A stretch of 64,000 nt of DNA from Thermococcus sp. JdFR-02 (GCA_002009975.1 MTLP01000042.1:64001-128000); one strand, 5' to 3'. Numbered from the stretch's first letter, positions 31,314 through 42,328 are shown. Notes: generated from the letters alone by a model not told the origin. Numbers and translations: made by a program.

Positions 31314-32315
31314 TTATTCAAGCTCAAAGGCTAATGCTTCAATTAATTTTATCAAAGCTTTTAAATCTTCAATATGAAGCATCTCTGTTTCAGAATGCAA
31401 ATACCTTATTGGAACGCTCAAAGCTAGAACTTGGCTTTTATCTTGGAATACTGAAGCATCTGTTCCTCCACCTGTAACGCCAATTTGTATTGGGATTTCA
31501 TTTTTCTCAGCTATTTTCCAAACATTTTTAGCCAAACTTCTCGTGTAAATAGCCGAGTTGTCAATAGCCCTTATTACCGCTCCTTCTCCAAGCTTGACAT
31601 CTCCCGTTAAGAAGGAACAGCAGGCAAAGCTATCAATTGCAACAGCATATTCCGGATTATAACTATTTGCTAAGAACTTAGCTCCTTTAAGCCCAATTTC
31701 CTCTTGAACCGTGAAAGCAAAGATAACTTTCCCGTTTAAGTCATGATCAACCAGATCCTTTATGGCTTCAACTAATGCTACAGCCCCAAACCTATCATCT
31801 AAAGACCTTGTTGCAACGTATTTATTGTTTAAAACAGCGAAATGTTTCTTAAATACGGCATAGTCCAAAGGCTTAACTCCTAAAGTCAAAGCTTCTTCCT
31901 TGCTTTCGGCTCCAATGTCTATGGCTAACTTGTGCCAAGGAAGTGTGTCAAACTTACGCTCTAAGTTTAAGTGCACAGCTTCAGCCCCTATAACTCCATC
32001 AAGCTTTCCACCCTCAGTTATTACATCAACATGTCTTCCAAGCAAAAGCCTATCATCAATTCCTCCAATCTTTCTAAACTTAAGCTTTCCATCATTAGTT
32101 ATTCCTGTAATTAAAAGTCCAATCTCGTCCATGTGAGCCATGAACAAAAGTCTTTCTTTTCCTTCTCCAAGCTCGACAATTAAGTTCCCGATTTTGTCAA
32201 CCTTATAATCTGCAAAAGGTTCTATTATTTCAATGAGCTTTTCCCTAATTTTCTCCTCGTAACCAGAAATTCCGGGAAGTTGAGTAATCTCTTTAAGTTC
32301 TTTAATCAGCTTCAT
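31314..32315 (-). CDS. M42 (TET) aminopeptidase
   Basis: AHMDEIG, LDDR, QEEIG, GGTD, RYLHS. Confidence 0.92.
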   Translation of the reverse strand: MKLIKELKEITQLPGISGYEEKIREKLIEIIEPFADYKVDKIGNLIVELGEGKERLLFMAHMDEIGLLITGITNDGKLKFRKIGGIDDRLLLGRHVDVITEGGKLDGVIGAEAVHLNLERKFDTLPWHKLAIDIGAESKEEALTLGVKPLDYAVFKKHFAVLNNKYVATRSLDDRFGAVALVEAIKDLVDHDLNGKVIFAFTVQEEIGLKGAKFLANSYNPEYAVAIDSFACCSFLTGDVKLGEGAVIRAIDNSAIYTRSLAKNVWKIAEKNEIPIQIGVTGGGTDASVFQDKSQVLALSVPIRYLHSETEMLHIEDLKALIKLIEALAFELE

Positions 32316-32324
32316 AATATCACC

Positions 32325-33326
32325 TCAAAGCATCTTTAACTCTTCAATTGGTCTGATCTTTAAAACATCCCTATTAACTAATCCTTCTGGAATTTCTCCC
32401 CTAAGAAGCATTAATAAGTTCTTCACAGCTTGGACTCCCATATCTTCCATAGCCTCTATTGCTAAGCCAGCATGGTGTGGAGTTAAAACGGTTTTCCACT
32501 CCATCTCAAAGAGTTCGCTCTCCTGCAGGGGTTCCCTTTCATAAACGTCGGTGGCAAATCCCTTAAGCTTACCTCCTTTGAGAGCTTTGATCAGGGCTTT
32601 TTCATCAACTAAAGAGCCTCTTCCAATGTTTATCAAGTATTTTCCTTCCAAAAGCTTTAATCTTTCTTCGTTAATGATATGATAAGTCTCTGGAGTTGCT
32701 GGTAAAGCTAAGACAACTATATCACTTTGCTTTAAGACATCATCAATGGGCAACCATTTTGCATTTACCTCTTTCTCAATATCTTCTTTTCTTGTCCTGC
32801 TCCAGTAGAAAACTTCTGTGCCTAAGGCTTTGACCCTTCTTGCTATAGCTTTTCCTATTGCCCCCATTCCTAAGATTCCAACTTTCTTCCCATAAACTGT
32901 CTCTATTTTGTTATACCATCCCCAAACGGTCCTATGGGAGTCCCATTTTCCTTTCCTTATGAACTTATCAGAATAGGCTATTTTTCTAAGCAATGCTATC
33001 ATTAAGCCAACTGCAAACTCTGCAACTGCTTCGCTTAAAACTCCACTAACTTTTGTAACATAAATCCCCTTCTTTGTAGCAGCTTCAATATCAATATGGT
33101 CATAACCAGCTGAATGAGTGCTTATGACTTTTAAATTACTCGCTCTTTCAATTATCTCCCCATCAACTTTATTTAAGGGTGAAACAATCAGGGCATCATA
33201 TCTGTCAATAATGCTTAAAAGTTCTTCTTTGCTTGGATAAAGCGAAACATCAACATCACAATGTTTTTTCAACATTTCCAGTGGCTTGCTTTTTATCTTA
33301 AAAACTACCAATATTTTAGGTCTCAT
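32325..33326 (-). CDS. D-2-hydroxyacid dehydrogenase (glyoxylate reductase-like)
   Basis: SAGYDHID, GMGAIG, NIGRG, DVYE.EP, TPH. Confidence 0.9.
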   Translation of the reverse strand: MRPKILVVFKIKSKPLEMLKKHCDVDVSLYPSKEELLSIIDRYDALIVSPLNKVDGEIIERASNLKVISTHSAGYDHIDIEAATKKGIYVTKVSGVLSEAVAEFAVGLMIALLRKIAYSDKFIRKGKWDSHRTVWGWYNKIETVYGKKVGILGMGAIGKAIARRVKALGTEVFYWSRTRKEDIEKEVNAKWLPIDDVLKQSDIVVLALPATPETYHIINEERLKLLEGKYLINIGRGSLVDEKALIKALKGGKLKGFATDVYEREPLQESELFEMEWKTVLTPHHAGLAIEAMEDMGVQAVKNLLMLLRGEIPEGLVNRDVLKIRPIEELKML

Positions 33327-33455
33327 GCATCTACACCTCTACGATATTCATCGAAACGAACTAATAAATCTTTTCTATATTATCTTGATCCTTTGTTCAA
33401 TTTAAAAGCGAAAAGTTAAAATGTCTTCAATGAATTTTTAGACCTAGGTGGTAGT

Positions 33456-34898
33456 ATGGGAATAGAAAGAAATAGATGGCAAAACGACTTTAGTGAGTGG
33501 TACAATGAAATGATAGAAATTGCTGGAATACAAGATAAACGTTATCCAGTCAAGGGAATGAACATCTGGCTACCATATGGCTTAAGGATCATGAAAAACA
33601 TTGAGAAGTTTATCCATGAGGAAATGGAAAGAACTGGACATCAAGAGGTTCTCTTCCCAGCATTAATACCAGAGACAGAGTTTCAAAAGGAAGCGGAGCA
33701 TATAGCTGGATTTGAAGGAGAAGTTCTTTGGGTAACTCATGCAGGGCGCAATCCATTAGAAGTTAGACTTATTTTGAGACCAACAAGTGAAACCGCAATG
33801 TACTCAATGTTCTCTCTTTGGATTCGCTCTCACGCAGATTTGCCATTCAAAATCTATCAAATAGTTAACGTTTATCGTTATGAAACAAAGCACACAAGAC
33901 CATTAATTAGAGTTAGAGAAATCAGCAGATTCTTTGAAGCTCACACAGCTCATGATAGCTTTGAGGATGCTGAGAGACAAATTCATGAAGATTTGGAGAT
34001 TTTTGATAGGATTGCAAAGAAATTGGGATTACCATATATAGTGAGCAAGCGTCCAGAGTGGGATAAGTTCCCAGGAGCATTTTATTCATTAGGTGCTGAA
34101 ATAGTTATGCCAGATGGAAGAACGCTCCAAATTGGAACAATGCACCACTACAAGCAAAACTTTGCCAAAGCCTACAACATTACCTATGAAAAAGAAGATG
34201 GAACCCATGAATATGTTCACCAAACAACCTATGGAATGAGTGAAAGGCTTTTAGCTGCAGTAATTGCAACCCATGGGGACGATAGAGGTTTGGTATTACC
34301 ACCAACACTTGCTCCAATTCAAGTTGTTATAGTTCCAATACCACTTAAAGAATCTCCTTATGATGTAAATGCTTATGCAAGAGGAATTGCAGAAGAATTG
34401 AAATCAGCGGGAATTAGGGTTCATGTGGATGAGAGGGACATAAGACCAGGAAGGAAGTTCTATGACTGGGAGCTTAAGGGAGTTCCATTAAGAATTGAAG
34501 TCGGACCAAAAGACGTTGAAACTGGAAAAGTTGTCTTAGCAAGAAGAGATAACTTACAAAAGTTTGCAATTGATAGGGAAGAGCTAATTGATAAGGTCAG
34601 GGAAACTTTGGACGAAATTATGGAGAATCTTTACAACAGGGCTAAAGAGTTCCTTGAAACTCACATAAAGAGGGTTGAAACAATAGAAGAGGCAAAGCAA
34701 GTGTTCGAGGATAGAAGAGGAGTAGTTGAGATTCCATGGTGTGGCGAGGAAAGCTGTGGTTTAGAGATGGAAGAAATTTTAGATGCAAAGATGCTTGGTA
34801 TTCCATACCCAGATGAAAAAGCCAAGATAGAAGGTAAAAAGTGTGCCCATTGTGGAAGAGAGGCAAAATATATTGCAAGGTTCGCAAGAACATATTAG
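33456..34898 (+). CDS. proS: Proline--tRNA ligase (archaeal type)
   Basis: [33 protein letters not shown]-terminal ARTY. Confidence 0.97.
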   Translation: MGIERNRWQNDFSEWYNEMIEIAGIQDKRYPVKGMNIWLPYGLRIMKNIEKFIHEEMERTGHQEVLFPALIPETEFQKEAEHIAGFEGEVLWVTHAGRNPLEVRLILRPTSETAMYSMFSLWIRSHADLPFKIYQIVNVYRYETKHTRPLIRVREISRFFEAHTAHDSFEDAERQIHEDLEIFDRIAKKLGLPYIVSKRPEWDKFPGAFYSLGAEIVMPDGRTLQIGTMHHYKQNFAKAYNITYEKEDGTHEYVHQTTYGMSERLLAAVIATHGDDRGLVLPPTLAPIQVVIVPIPLKESPYDVNAYARGIAEELKSAGIRVHVDERDIRPGRKFYDWELKGVPLRIEVGPKDVETGKVVLARRDNLQKFAIDREELIDKVRETLDEIMENLYNRAKEFLETHIKRVETIEEAKQVFEDRRGVVEIPWCGEESCGLEMEEILDAKMLGIPYPDEKAKIEGKKCAHCGREAKYIARFARTY

Positions 34899-34958
34899 CT
34901 TTTCTCCTTTTTGAAAATTTTTAAATACTCTTCTTTGGATTTCTTTTTGGTGAAAGAA

Positions 34959-35780
34959 ATGAGATTTGTGCTGAAAAATGAGCATATAAAGGATGCCTTT
35001 GTTTGGGAGCTAAAGAATGCAGGGATTAAGTTTCAGATTAGGGAAGAACTTGGCTTTGAATCCTTTATTGGCCATGTTATAGTAGGAACATTTGAGGAAG
35101 TGAAGCAAAAAATTGAGAGCTTTTCAAGTGAAGATGATAGAAAAGCTATGCTTAGTGCATTAAAAACATTCAAAGAGGGATTTATTAAAGTTATGGAGGA
35201 GTTAAAAGAAAGTCCAAAAACATTTAATGAGCTTTTAAATAAGTATGGGACGTTGGTGGGTGAAGTATTGGAGCAGCTTTTAGATAACAATGCAATTGAG
35301 GTTAAAGATGGAAAGATTTTTCCTAAAGACTTTGACCTTGAAAATTTAATAATCCAATTTAGAATTCCCCTTGGAGCCGTGAGGAATTTTGAAGAGCTTG
35401 AGAAGAATGCGGAACAGTTTGCCTATATTGACTTCATGCCCCAGTATGTTGTGGAGATCAAAGAGTTTGAAATTAACAAAGCTAACAGAGTTTTAGAGAT
35501 AGCTTCAAAATATTTTAACCTTTATGAAGCATTGGAAGCTTATTTTGCACTGTTGGGGAAAAATATTATTGCGAAAGAACTCTTAGAGAAAGCTAAGGAA
35601 AAAGTTACAAAAGACATAGCAATTAAGCACTTCTTAGAAAACTCACCTTTTGAGGTTAAAGAAGAAAAAAGGAGAATTATCATTGGGATCTCACATCCAA
35701 AGGCAGTTGAAGATATTTTAAGAGAAATGGAGAAGAGGGGACAAGTGCTTGTCAAAGGGAACAAAATTCGGCTTCCTTAA
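34959..35780 (+). CDS. Hypothetical protein
   Basis: GGTGA RBS before ATG 34959; no family recognised. Confidence 0.7.
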   Translation: MRFVLKNEHIKDAFVWELKNAGIKFQIREELGFESFIGHVIVGTFEEVKQKIESFSSEDDRKAMLSALKTFKEGFIKVMEELKESPKTFNELLNKYGTLVGEVLEQLLDNNAIEVKDGKIFPKDFDLENLIIQFRIPLGAVRNFEELEKNAEQFAYIDFMPQYVVEIKEFEINKANRVLEIASKYFNLYEALEAYFALLGKNIIAKELLEKAKEKVTKDIAIKHFLENSPFEVKEEKRRIIIGISHPKAVEDILREMEKRGQVLVKGNKIRLP

Positions 35781-35783
35781 CCT

Positions 35784-36275
35784 CTATCCTTTAAAAATGC
35801 TCTCAAGGGCTTTAATAACTTCAGGATCTTCGGTAATATAGATTTTATCCAGCACTAATAGAACCTTCCCTGCCTTTGATTCATCGAGAATTTTAGTTAA
35901 AAGTTCATAGCTAACCTCCCCAACGATTATAATCCTTAGGCTACCGTTTACGAATACACCCGTTTGGGGAACTCCTGTGGTCCCAGTATATTGGGATAAT
36001 CTGGTAAACTTCTCCACATTTCTGTTGTAATTTGGCTCTTTCTCATCTGCAACCTCATAATAAGTCAATGCATCTTTTCCGTAGTGTTTCGTTATTAGCT
36101 CTTTCATGTTGGCACAGTGTGGACAGTAATAGGCGCCAAACATGTAAAAATGTATTCCCTGCTTTTGCTGAAAGCTCGTTTGTGAAGTTGTTTGGGTCTG
36201 TTCTTGATTTATACATCCAGCCAATAATGCAAATAAGAACACAATTGCCAACATTAGCCCTACATATTTCCTCAT
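35784..36275 (-). CDS. Thioredoxin/glutaredoxin-fold lipoprotein
   Basis: Lipobox LLAGC, Q/T linker, CPHC, GVP. Confidence 0.82.
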   Translation of the reverse strand: MRKYVGLMLAIVFLFALLAGCINQEQTQTTSQTSFQQKQGIHFYMFGAYYCPHCANMKELITKHYGKDALTYYEVADEKEPNYNRNVEKFTRLSQYTGTTGVPQTGVFVNGSLRIIIVGEVSYELLTKILDESKAGKVLLVLDKIYITEDPEVIKALESIFKG

Positions 36276-36331
36276 TTTAACCCCTAAACTTAAAATGCAG
36301 TCTTAGGCTTTATAAATAATGAGGTGTTAAA

Positions 36332-36910
36332 ATGGAACACTACATCAAATCCTTTGATGAAAAGATGCTTTCCCTGAGCAATGCTCCTCATAATGGCGGG
36401 TTATTCAAAGCTAATGGCTTCTTTTTTATGCATGTCCCTAAAAACTACAATGGCAATTACAAAAGAGATTGTGCAGAATTTGAACGAAAATACAGCTTAA
36501 GGGATTTTGTGGGTTTTATGACTGCTGTAACGATTCCAAATGTGTTAAGCGTTGCAAAGCATAAAAATGTTGAGGCTTATATTACAGCAGGAATTACGAA
36601 TCCAGCAATTGTTGGAGAAGAGTGCAAATTTGAATATGGGACGATAAATATTGCTGTTCTTATAAAGGAAGGATTAACAATTGGTGCTTTGGCAAATGCA
36701 ATAATGACTGCAAGTGAAGCAAAAACATATACTCTTCTAAAGCTCGGTTATAATGCAACTGGCACAACAAGCGATGGCATTGGAATATTTGCCTTTGAGG
36801 GGGAACAAGAATGGGCTGGAACTGCAACGGGGATAGGGATTTCAATTGGAAAAGCTGTTAGGAAAGCTTTAGAAGAGAGTATAAGAAAGTGGGAGAAGAT
36901 AAGGAGTTAA
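36332..36910 (+). CDS. cbiZ: Adenosylcobinamide amidohydrolase
   Basis: GFMTA, TAGI.N, GTINI, EAK, ATGTTSD. Confidence 0.88.
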   Translation: MEHYIKSFDEKMLSLSNAPHNGGLFKANGFFFMHVPKNYNGNYKRDCAEFERKYSLRDFVGFMTAVTIPNVLSVAKHKNVEAYITAGITNPAIVGEECKFEYGTINIAVLIKEGLTIGALANAIMTASEAKTYTLLKLGYNATGTTSDGIGIFAFEGEQEWAGTATGIGISIGKAVRKALEESIRKWEKIRS

Positions 36911-36940
36911 GCTTAAAAATTTCCTTCCTTAATTTCGATC

Positions 36941-38545
36941 ATGATCGTTGGAATCCATGATGGCCACGATGCTGGAGTTGCTCTGATTGATGGTGAAAAG
37001 ATTTACGCAATAAATGAAGAGAGATTGGTTAGGATTAAGCATTATCGCGGCTTTCCAGAAAAAAGCTTAGCTAAGGTTTTTGAGATAGGTAATGTTAATC
37101 CTGAAGATATCGAGATCATTGCTATTGCTGGCATTTTTAGGAAGTATTCTCGTCTTTTAGAGCTTGAAAAAAAGCTCAAAGCTTTCTTTGGAAAGGACTT
37201 TAAGAGGAAAGTTCTATATGTTGAGCATCATTTGGCTCATGCTTCATCTGCCTACTTCACGTCTGGCTGGAGAGATGCAATAGTTTTAAGCATTGATGCC
37301 GCTGGTGATGGATTAAGCTCTTCAATTTATGTTGCAAGGGATGGAGAACTGGTAAGAATAGCTCAAAGCACTTATATTGACTCTTTAGGCGATTTTTATG
37401 CTTCAATTACAGAGCTTTTAGGCTTTAAACCAATGCGTCATGAAGGAAAAGTGATGAGTTTAGCTGCTTATGGGAAGCCAACTTATGATTTAAGCAACGT
37501 AATCGAGCTAAATGGACTAACCTTTGAGAACAAGCTTAAAGTTGTTGGGATTGAAGCGACTAAAAAATTAGCCCAGCTCTTTGGTTATCCATTCGAAAGA
37601 GCAAAGAAAATTGCAAATCAAATGAAAAAGGGGAACTTAGATGAAGAGGTTCAAAGAAAGGCTGTTGAAATTGCAGCTTCTGCTCAAAGGCATCTTGAAA
37701 AGATTATTGACGAGCTCGGACTGAAGTTAACAAAATATGATCTTCCCTTAGCTTATGCTGGTGGGGTGGCTCAAAACGTTAAAGCGAACATGATTTTAAG
37801 AAAGCACTTCCCAAATTTATGGGTCTTCCCAGCAATGCATGATGGGGGCTTAGCCTTTGGAGCTGCAATTTTTGTTAAAGCTCAAATGGAGAGATTAGAT
37901 AACAAATGGAAGCCATTTAAGCTTAAACACGTCTATCTCGGACCTTCTTACAGCGAAGGTCAAATTGAAGAGCTTTTAAAGAGTGAAAACATTAACTATG
38001 AGCGCGTTAGTGATGTTGAAAGCTTTGTAGTTGATTCATTAATTGAAGGGAAAATTGTTGCACACTTTACTGGAGCAATGGAATTTGGACCAAGGGCTTT
38101 GGGAAATCGCTCAATTTTAGCTGATCCTCGAGATAAAAGCGTTGTGAAACGTCTTAACCTTCACTTAAATAGAGATGTATTTCAACCCTTTGCCCCAACA
38201 ATCTTAGAGGAAAGAATTGAGGAATATTTGGTTGATGCTTATCCAAACAAGTTTATGACGATGAGCTATTATGCAACAGAAGAGATGCAAAGCTTAACCC
38301 CAGCTGTGGTTCATGTTGATAAAACAACAAGACCTCAAACCCTGCTTAGAGAAGATAATCCAAGGTATTATGAAATAATTAAGCGTTTTGAAAAGAAAAC
38401 TGGAGTTGGAATTGTTTTGAATACGAGTTTCAATATGCATGGAGAACCTATTGTTTGTTCACCAAAGGATGCCTTAGAGAGCTTTAAGAAAGCAAAGCTT
38501 GATGTGTTGGTTTTGGAGAGATTTGTCGTGTATGACAAAGCTTGA
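36941..38545 (+). CDS. NodU/CmcH/TobZ-family carbamoyltransferase
   Basis: HD, EERL.R.KH, EHHLAHA, EGKVM.LA, GGVA.N, EFGPRALGNRS, FQPFAP, LNTSFN.HGEP. Confidence 0.92.
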   Translation: MIVGIHDGHDAGVALIDGEKIYAINEERLVRIKHYRGFPEKSLAKVFEIGNVNPEDIEIIAIAGIFRKYSRLLELEKKLKAFFGKDFKRKVLYVEHHLAHASSAYFTSGWRDAIVLSIDAAGDGLSSSIYVARDGELVRIAQSTYIDSLGDFYASITELLGFKPMRHEGKVMSLAAYGKPTYDLSNVIELNGLTFENKLKVVGIEATKKLAQLFGYPFERAKKIANQMKKGNLDEEVQRKAVEIAASAQRHLEKIIDELGLKLTKYDLPLAYAGGVAQNVKANMILRKHFPNLWVFPAMHDGGLAFGAAIFVKAQMERLDNKWKPFKLKHVYLGPSYSEGQIEELLKSENINYERVSDVESFVVDSLIEGKIVAHFTGAMEFGPRALGNRSILADPRDKSVVKRLNLHLNRDVFQPFAPTILEERIEEYLVDAYPNKFMTMSYYATEEMQSLTPAVVHVDKTTRPQTLLREDNPRYYEIIKRFEKKTGVGIVLNTSFNMHGEPIVCSPKDALESFKKAKLDVLVLERFVVYDKA

Positions 38546-38610
38546 GTTGTTTATTCATGCATCGCTATAGGATCGTCTGAACAATAAAAGAAAAAAAGAT
38601 TTATAAGGAA

Positions 38611-38658
38611 GTTCATCCAAATGACCGAAATGGTGATTTTATGGTCCATCCTAATGAC
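38611..38658 (+). promoter_or_regulatory. Duplicated 15-bp motif between TATA box and start codon
   Basis: GTTCATCCAAATGAC (38611) and GTCCATCCTAATGAC (38644), 13/15 identical. Confidence 0.45.
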
Positions 38659-39951
38659 TTTATTTTAGAATATTTAGGCAAGCTTCCGACTCTGATTAGG
38701 CCATATAACAAGTTAAGGAAAAGATATCTCTATCATCAGCTTAAGGAGAAAATTGATTCTTATCTGTCGAACGGTCGCGAGGATACTATTATTATATCGG
38801 GTCTTAGAGGAACAGGCAAGACGACTATTTTAGCACAGCTCTATTTTTATGGAATATCAAGGATCAATCCAAATGAAGTTATCTATCTTTCTCTTGATGA
38901 GCTTCAGCTTCTTGGTCTCGACTTACTTGAGGTCCTTGATACCTATAAACGAATTATCAAGCCAGAGAGACCAATCTTGCTTCTTGACGAAGTTCAGTAT
39001 GATGAAAACTGGGATTTAAAGTTGAAAGTAATACATGACAAAATGAAGTTTTTAACAATAACGACAGGTTCTTCTGCAGTAAGACTTAAGGAAAGTCCAG
39101 ATTTAGCAAGGAGAGCGCTTCACAGGGAGCTTTATTCAATGACTTTCAGAGAATATTACAGTCTTAAAACAGGCAGAGAGATTCCAGAACTAATACACAA
39201 TATACTAAGCCTCAAAGAGGTGCAATTTTCTCCGATTGATGAAGAAGAGATAGTAAGATACATGAAAGTTGGTGGCTTACCCTTTGCTCTCGAGATGCCA
39301 GAATGGGAAGCTTATGAAAGAATACTTTCAATGCTTGACAGAATTATATATAGAGATCTCAGGGAAATTCACGATTTTGATGTTGAAACCCTTGATAAAG
39401 CTATTCATCTGCTTGTTCTTCTTGCAAATCCCAAAGGAGAGCGATTTAGCTATGAAAAATTGAGTAAAAGCTTAAATCTCGCAAAGGGTACTATTATAAA
39501 GCTTATTGATTCCCTTGAAAAGGCATCGCTAATACATAGAATACCAGCTCACGGCTCTATTGTTAAGGGCATTAGGAAGAGTCCAAAGGTAAAGTTTCTT
39601 GCTGTGCCAGTGAAATCAGCAATTCTTTACAAAATCGGTCTACTTGTAGATAGTGAGGAAATACTTGGCTCACTTCTCGAGGATATAGTTGCTTTCTACC
39701 TGTATCTATTGACCAAGTTGAGAATGGGTAGATTAAGCTATGAACCTGCTCGTGGAGGTGCCGACTTTGTGCTCGAACTTGGCGATGAGAAAATCGTTAT
39801 TGAAGTTGGGCTTGGAAAAGCAAAGAAATCACAGGTCAAAAGAACGATGGAGAGGATTGGTGCAGAGAAAGGAATTGTGGTTGGAAAAAAGTATGAAATA
39901 GGGGAAAGAGTAGCATTTTATCCATGGCAAATGTTTATAATGGGATTTTAG
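38641..39951 (+). CDS. AAA+ ATPase (AAA_14/DUF4143 type) with wHTH and nuclease-like C-terminus
   Basis: GLRGTGKTT, LLDEVQ, TGSS, GGLP, ADFV...IEV. Confidence 0.85.
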   Translation: MVHPNDFILEYLGKLPTLIRPYNKLRKRYLYHQLKEKIDSYLSNGREDTIIISGLRGTGKTTILAQLYFYGISRINPNEVIYLSLDELQLLGLDLLEVLDTYKRIIKPERPILLLDEVQYDENWDLKLKVIHDKMKFLTITTGSSAVRLKESPDLARRALHRELYSMTFREYYSLKTGREIPELIHNILSLKEVQFSPIDEEEIVRYMKVGGLPFALEMPEWEAYERILSMLDRIIYRDLREIHDFDVETLDKAIHLLVLLANPKGERFSYEKLSKSLNLAKGTIIKLIDSLEKASLIHRIPAHGSIVKGIRKSPKVKFLAVPVKSAILYKIGLLVDSEEILGSLLEDIVAFYLYLLTKLRMGRLSYEPARGGADFVLELGDEKIVIEVGLGKAKKSQVKRTMERIGAEKGIVVGKKYEIGERVAFYPWQMFIMGF

Positions 39952-40084
39952 GAGGTTTCAATTTAAACTCCTCCTATAAAAACCGTCCCTAGACTCAAAC
40001 TTTTCGATTCTATTTTTCATAAATCGAATATTTTACAGCGGCAAAATTATAAATCTCAAAATTGAGTTCACTTTGGTGATTCTC

Positions 40085-41254
40085 ATGGCGCTAAGTGATA
40101 GATTAGAACGTGTAAATCCTTCTGAAATTAGAAAGCTTTTTGATTTAGCTCAAGGTGTTGAAGGGTTAATATCACTTGGAATTGGAGAACCAGACTTTGA
40201 TACGCCGGAGCATATAAAAGAGTATGCAAAAGAAGCCCTTGACAAAGGGTTGACGCATTATAGTCCAAATGTTGGGATTTTAGAGCTTAGAGAAGCTATA
40301 GCAGAAAAACTAAAAAGAGATAACAATATTGATGCCGATCCAAAAACTCAAATCATGATAACTGTGGGTGCAAATCAAATAATACTAATGGGACTTGCGA
40401 CGTTTTTAAAAGACAATGATGAGGTTTTAATTCCTTCACCTATGTTTGTTAGCTATGCGCCAGCAGTTCTTTTAGCTGGAGGAAAGCCAATAGAAGTTCC
40501 AACCTATGAAGAAAATGAGTTTAGACTTAGTGTTGATGAGCTTAGAAAATATGTAACTCCAAAAACTAAGGCATTAATTATTAACTCGCCCAATAATCCA
40601 ACTGGAGCAGTTTTAACAAAGAAAGACCTTGAGGAAATAGCGGACTTTGCAGTTGAGCACGATTTAGTGATTTTAAGTGATGAGGTTTATGAATACTTTA
40701 TTTACAATGAAGCCAAGCATTACAGCATTGCATCTCTAAACGGCATGTTCGATAGGGTAATCACAATAAATGGCTTTTCTAAGACTTTCGCAATGACCGG
40801 CTGGCGTTTAGGCTTTGTCGTGGCAAGGGAGGATATGATCGAAAAGATGACGAGATTCCAAATGTACAATGCAACATGTCCAGTAACCTTTATCCAATAC
40901 GCAACTGCAAAAGCTTTGAGGGATAAAAGAAGCTGGGAAGCAGTTGAAGAAATGCGTAAAGAGTACGATAGAAGAAGAAAAATGGTATGGAAGAGACTAA
41001 ATGAAATGGGATTGCCAACAGTAAGACCAAAAGGAGCATTCTATATTTTCCCAAGAATAAGAGATACCGGTTTAACGAGCAAAGAATTCAGCGAATTAAT
41101 GATAAAGGAAGCAAGGGTAGCTTTAGTTCCAGGAAGTGCCTTTGGAAAAGCTGGTGAAGGTTACGTAAGAATATCTTATGCAACAGCTTATGAAAAGCTT
41201 GAAGAGGCAATGGACAGAATTGAAAAGGTTTTGAAAGAGAGGAAGTTAGTATAG
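40085..41254 (+). CDS. Class I PLP aminotransferase (aromatic amino acid type)
   Basis: LGIGEPDF, NSPNNPTG, SDEVY, GFSKTFAMTGWRLG. Confidence 0.92.
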   Translation: MALSDRLERVNPSEIRKLFDLAQGVEGLISLGIGEPDFDTPEHIKEYAKEALDKGLTHYSPNVGILELREAIAEKLKRDNNIDADPKTQIMITVGANQIILMGLATFLKDNDEVLIPSPMFVSYAPAVLLAGGKPIEVPTYEENEFRLSVDELRKYVTPKTKALIINSPNNPTGAVLTKKDLEEIADFAVEHDLVILSDEVYEYFIYNEAKHYSIASLNGMFDRVITINGFSKTFAMTGWRLGFVVAREDMIEKMTRFQMYNATCPVTFIQYATAKALRDKRSWEAVEEMRKEYDRRRKMVWKRLNEMGLPTVRPKGAFYIFPRIRDTGLTSKEFSELMIKEARVALVPGSAFGKAGEGYVRISYATAYEKLEEAMDRIEKVLKERKLV

Positions 41255-41890
41255 GGTAATGCTCACTTTTCTTTCTTCATTTATGTCAATTATTGCATAA
41301 TGTCCTCTAAATAATGGTCCGGGATTTACTATTAGTGTTTTTCCAATCTCATCAATTCCTCTTGCTTCGTGGATATGCCCACAGATAACTAAAGGCGGTT
41401 GTCTCTCTTCAATAAACTTTCTCAGGGCTTTACTTCCAACGTGTAAACCAGTGAAAGTTCTGTCTACTTTAGTATTGTATGGTGGAACATGCATCAAAAG
41501 GATATCTCCCTCTCTGTAGTTTCTATTCAAGCTCGCCCATATAGCATCATCTTGAAATTCCCATATGGTTGAGAAAGGAGTTATGTTTGAGCCTCCAAAC
41601 CCGATTATTCCCAAATCTCCAAGCTCAACCCTTTTATCATGTAAGTTTATTCCTTTCTCCTCAAGCAAATCTAAAACATCTTTACCATCACAGTTTCCCA
41701 TAACTGCATAAATTGGCTTTTCTAATGTTTCAAAATGTTTCAGGATTACTTTAGCACTCTCTCTTCCACTAAAGTGTGTCAAATCTCCGGCAATTAGGAT
41801 TAAATCAAAGTCCTCTTTCTTAATTTTCTCAACCAACCACTTTGCTTTATTTTCTCTTCCGTGAATATCAGTTACAGTAACTATTCTCAT
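41246..41890 (-). CDS. Calcineurin-like metallophosphoesterase
   Basis: DIHG, GDLT, GNCD, H.PP, GHIHE, VNPG; start moved to ATG 41890. Confidence 0.9.
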   Translation of the reverse strand: MRIVTVTDIHGRENKAKWLVEKIKKEDFDLILIAGDLTHFSGRESAKVILKHFETLEKPIYAVMGNCDGKDVLDLLEEKGINLHDKRVELGDLGIIGFGGSNITPFSTIWEFQDDAIWASLNRNYREGDILLMHVPPYNTKVDRTFTGLHVGSKALRKFIEERQPPLVICGHIHEARGIDEIGKTLIVNPGPLFRGHYAIIDINEERKVSITLY

Positions 41891-41978
41891 TTTCTCACCC
41901 CTAAGTTTGTTTTTTGCATTTTTCTTTATGAGCGTTAAGGTTAAGTCTATGAAAGTTCTTTCATTAATTGGTGGAAAG

Positions 41979-42308
41979 ATGGGTTGGAAAGAGAAGCTTA
42001 GAAAGGATGAATACATCAATGTGGGAGAGTTTATTGTTGAGCTTAGCCTAGACATGGAGTGTCCTTGTAAGGATGGTGAAGTTTATCCTGCCATAACAGT
42101 TTATGATTACAAAACAGAATGTTGGTATTATATTGATGAAGATTTTCCTGCTGTGAACAATTTTAGAGAGGCTTGGGAAGTTGCCATAAAAACGCTCGAG
42201 GAATACATAAACGGAAAAACTCCAAGATTGAAACGCTCACCAAAGAAATTTGCTTCTGATGATGTTATAGAGAGGTTTATTAGGGCTTTGAAAGAGTTAA
42301 AAGAGTGA
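41979..42308 (+). CDS. Hypothetical protein
   Basis: GGTGG RBS before ATG 41979; contains CPC. Confidence 0.65.
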   Translation: MGWKEKLRKDEYINVGEFIVELSLDMECPCKDGEVYPAITVYDYKTECWYYIDEDFPAVNNFREAWEVAIKTLEEYINGKTPRLKRSPKKFASDDVIERFIRALKELKE

Positions 42309-42328
42309 TTATCAATAAAAAGTTAAAA

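Noticed and set aside
39949-39995. GTTTCAAT within hairpin TAGGAGG...CCTCCTA, reminiscent of a CRISPR repeat start or IS end
   Set aside because: Single copy, no repeat-spacer periodicity, no cas gene or transposase; at most a terminator-like hairpin
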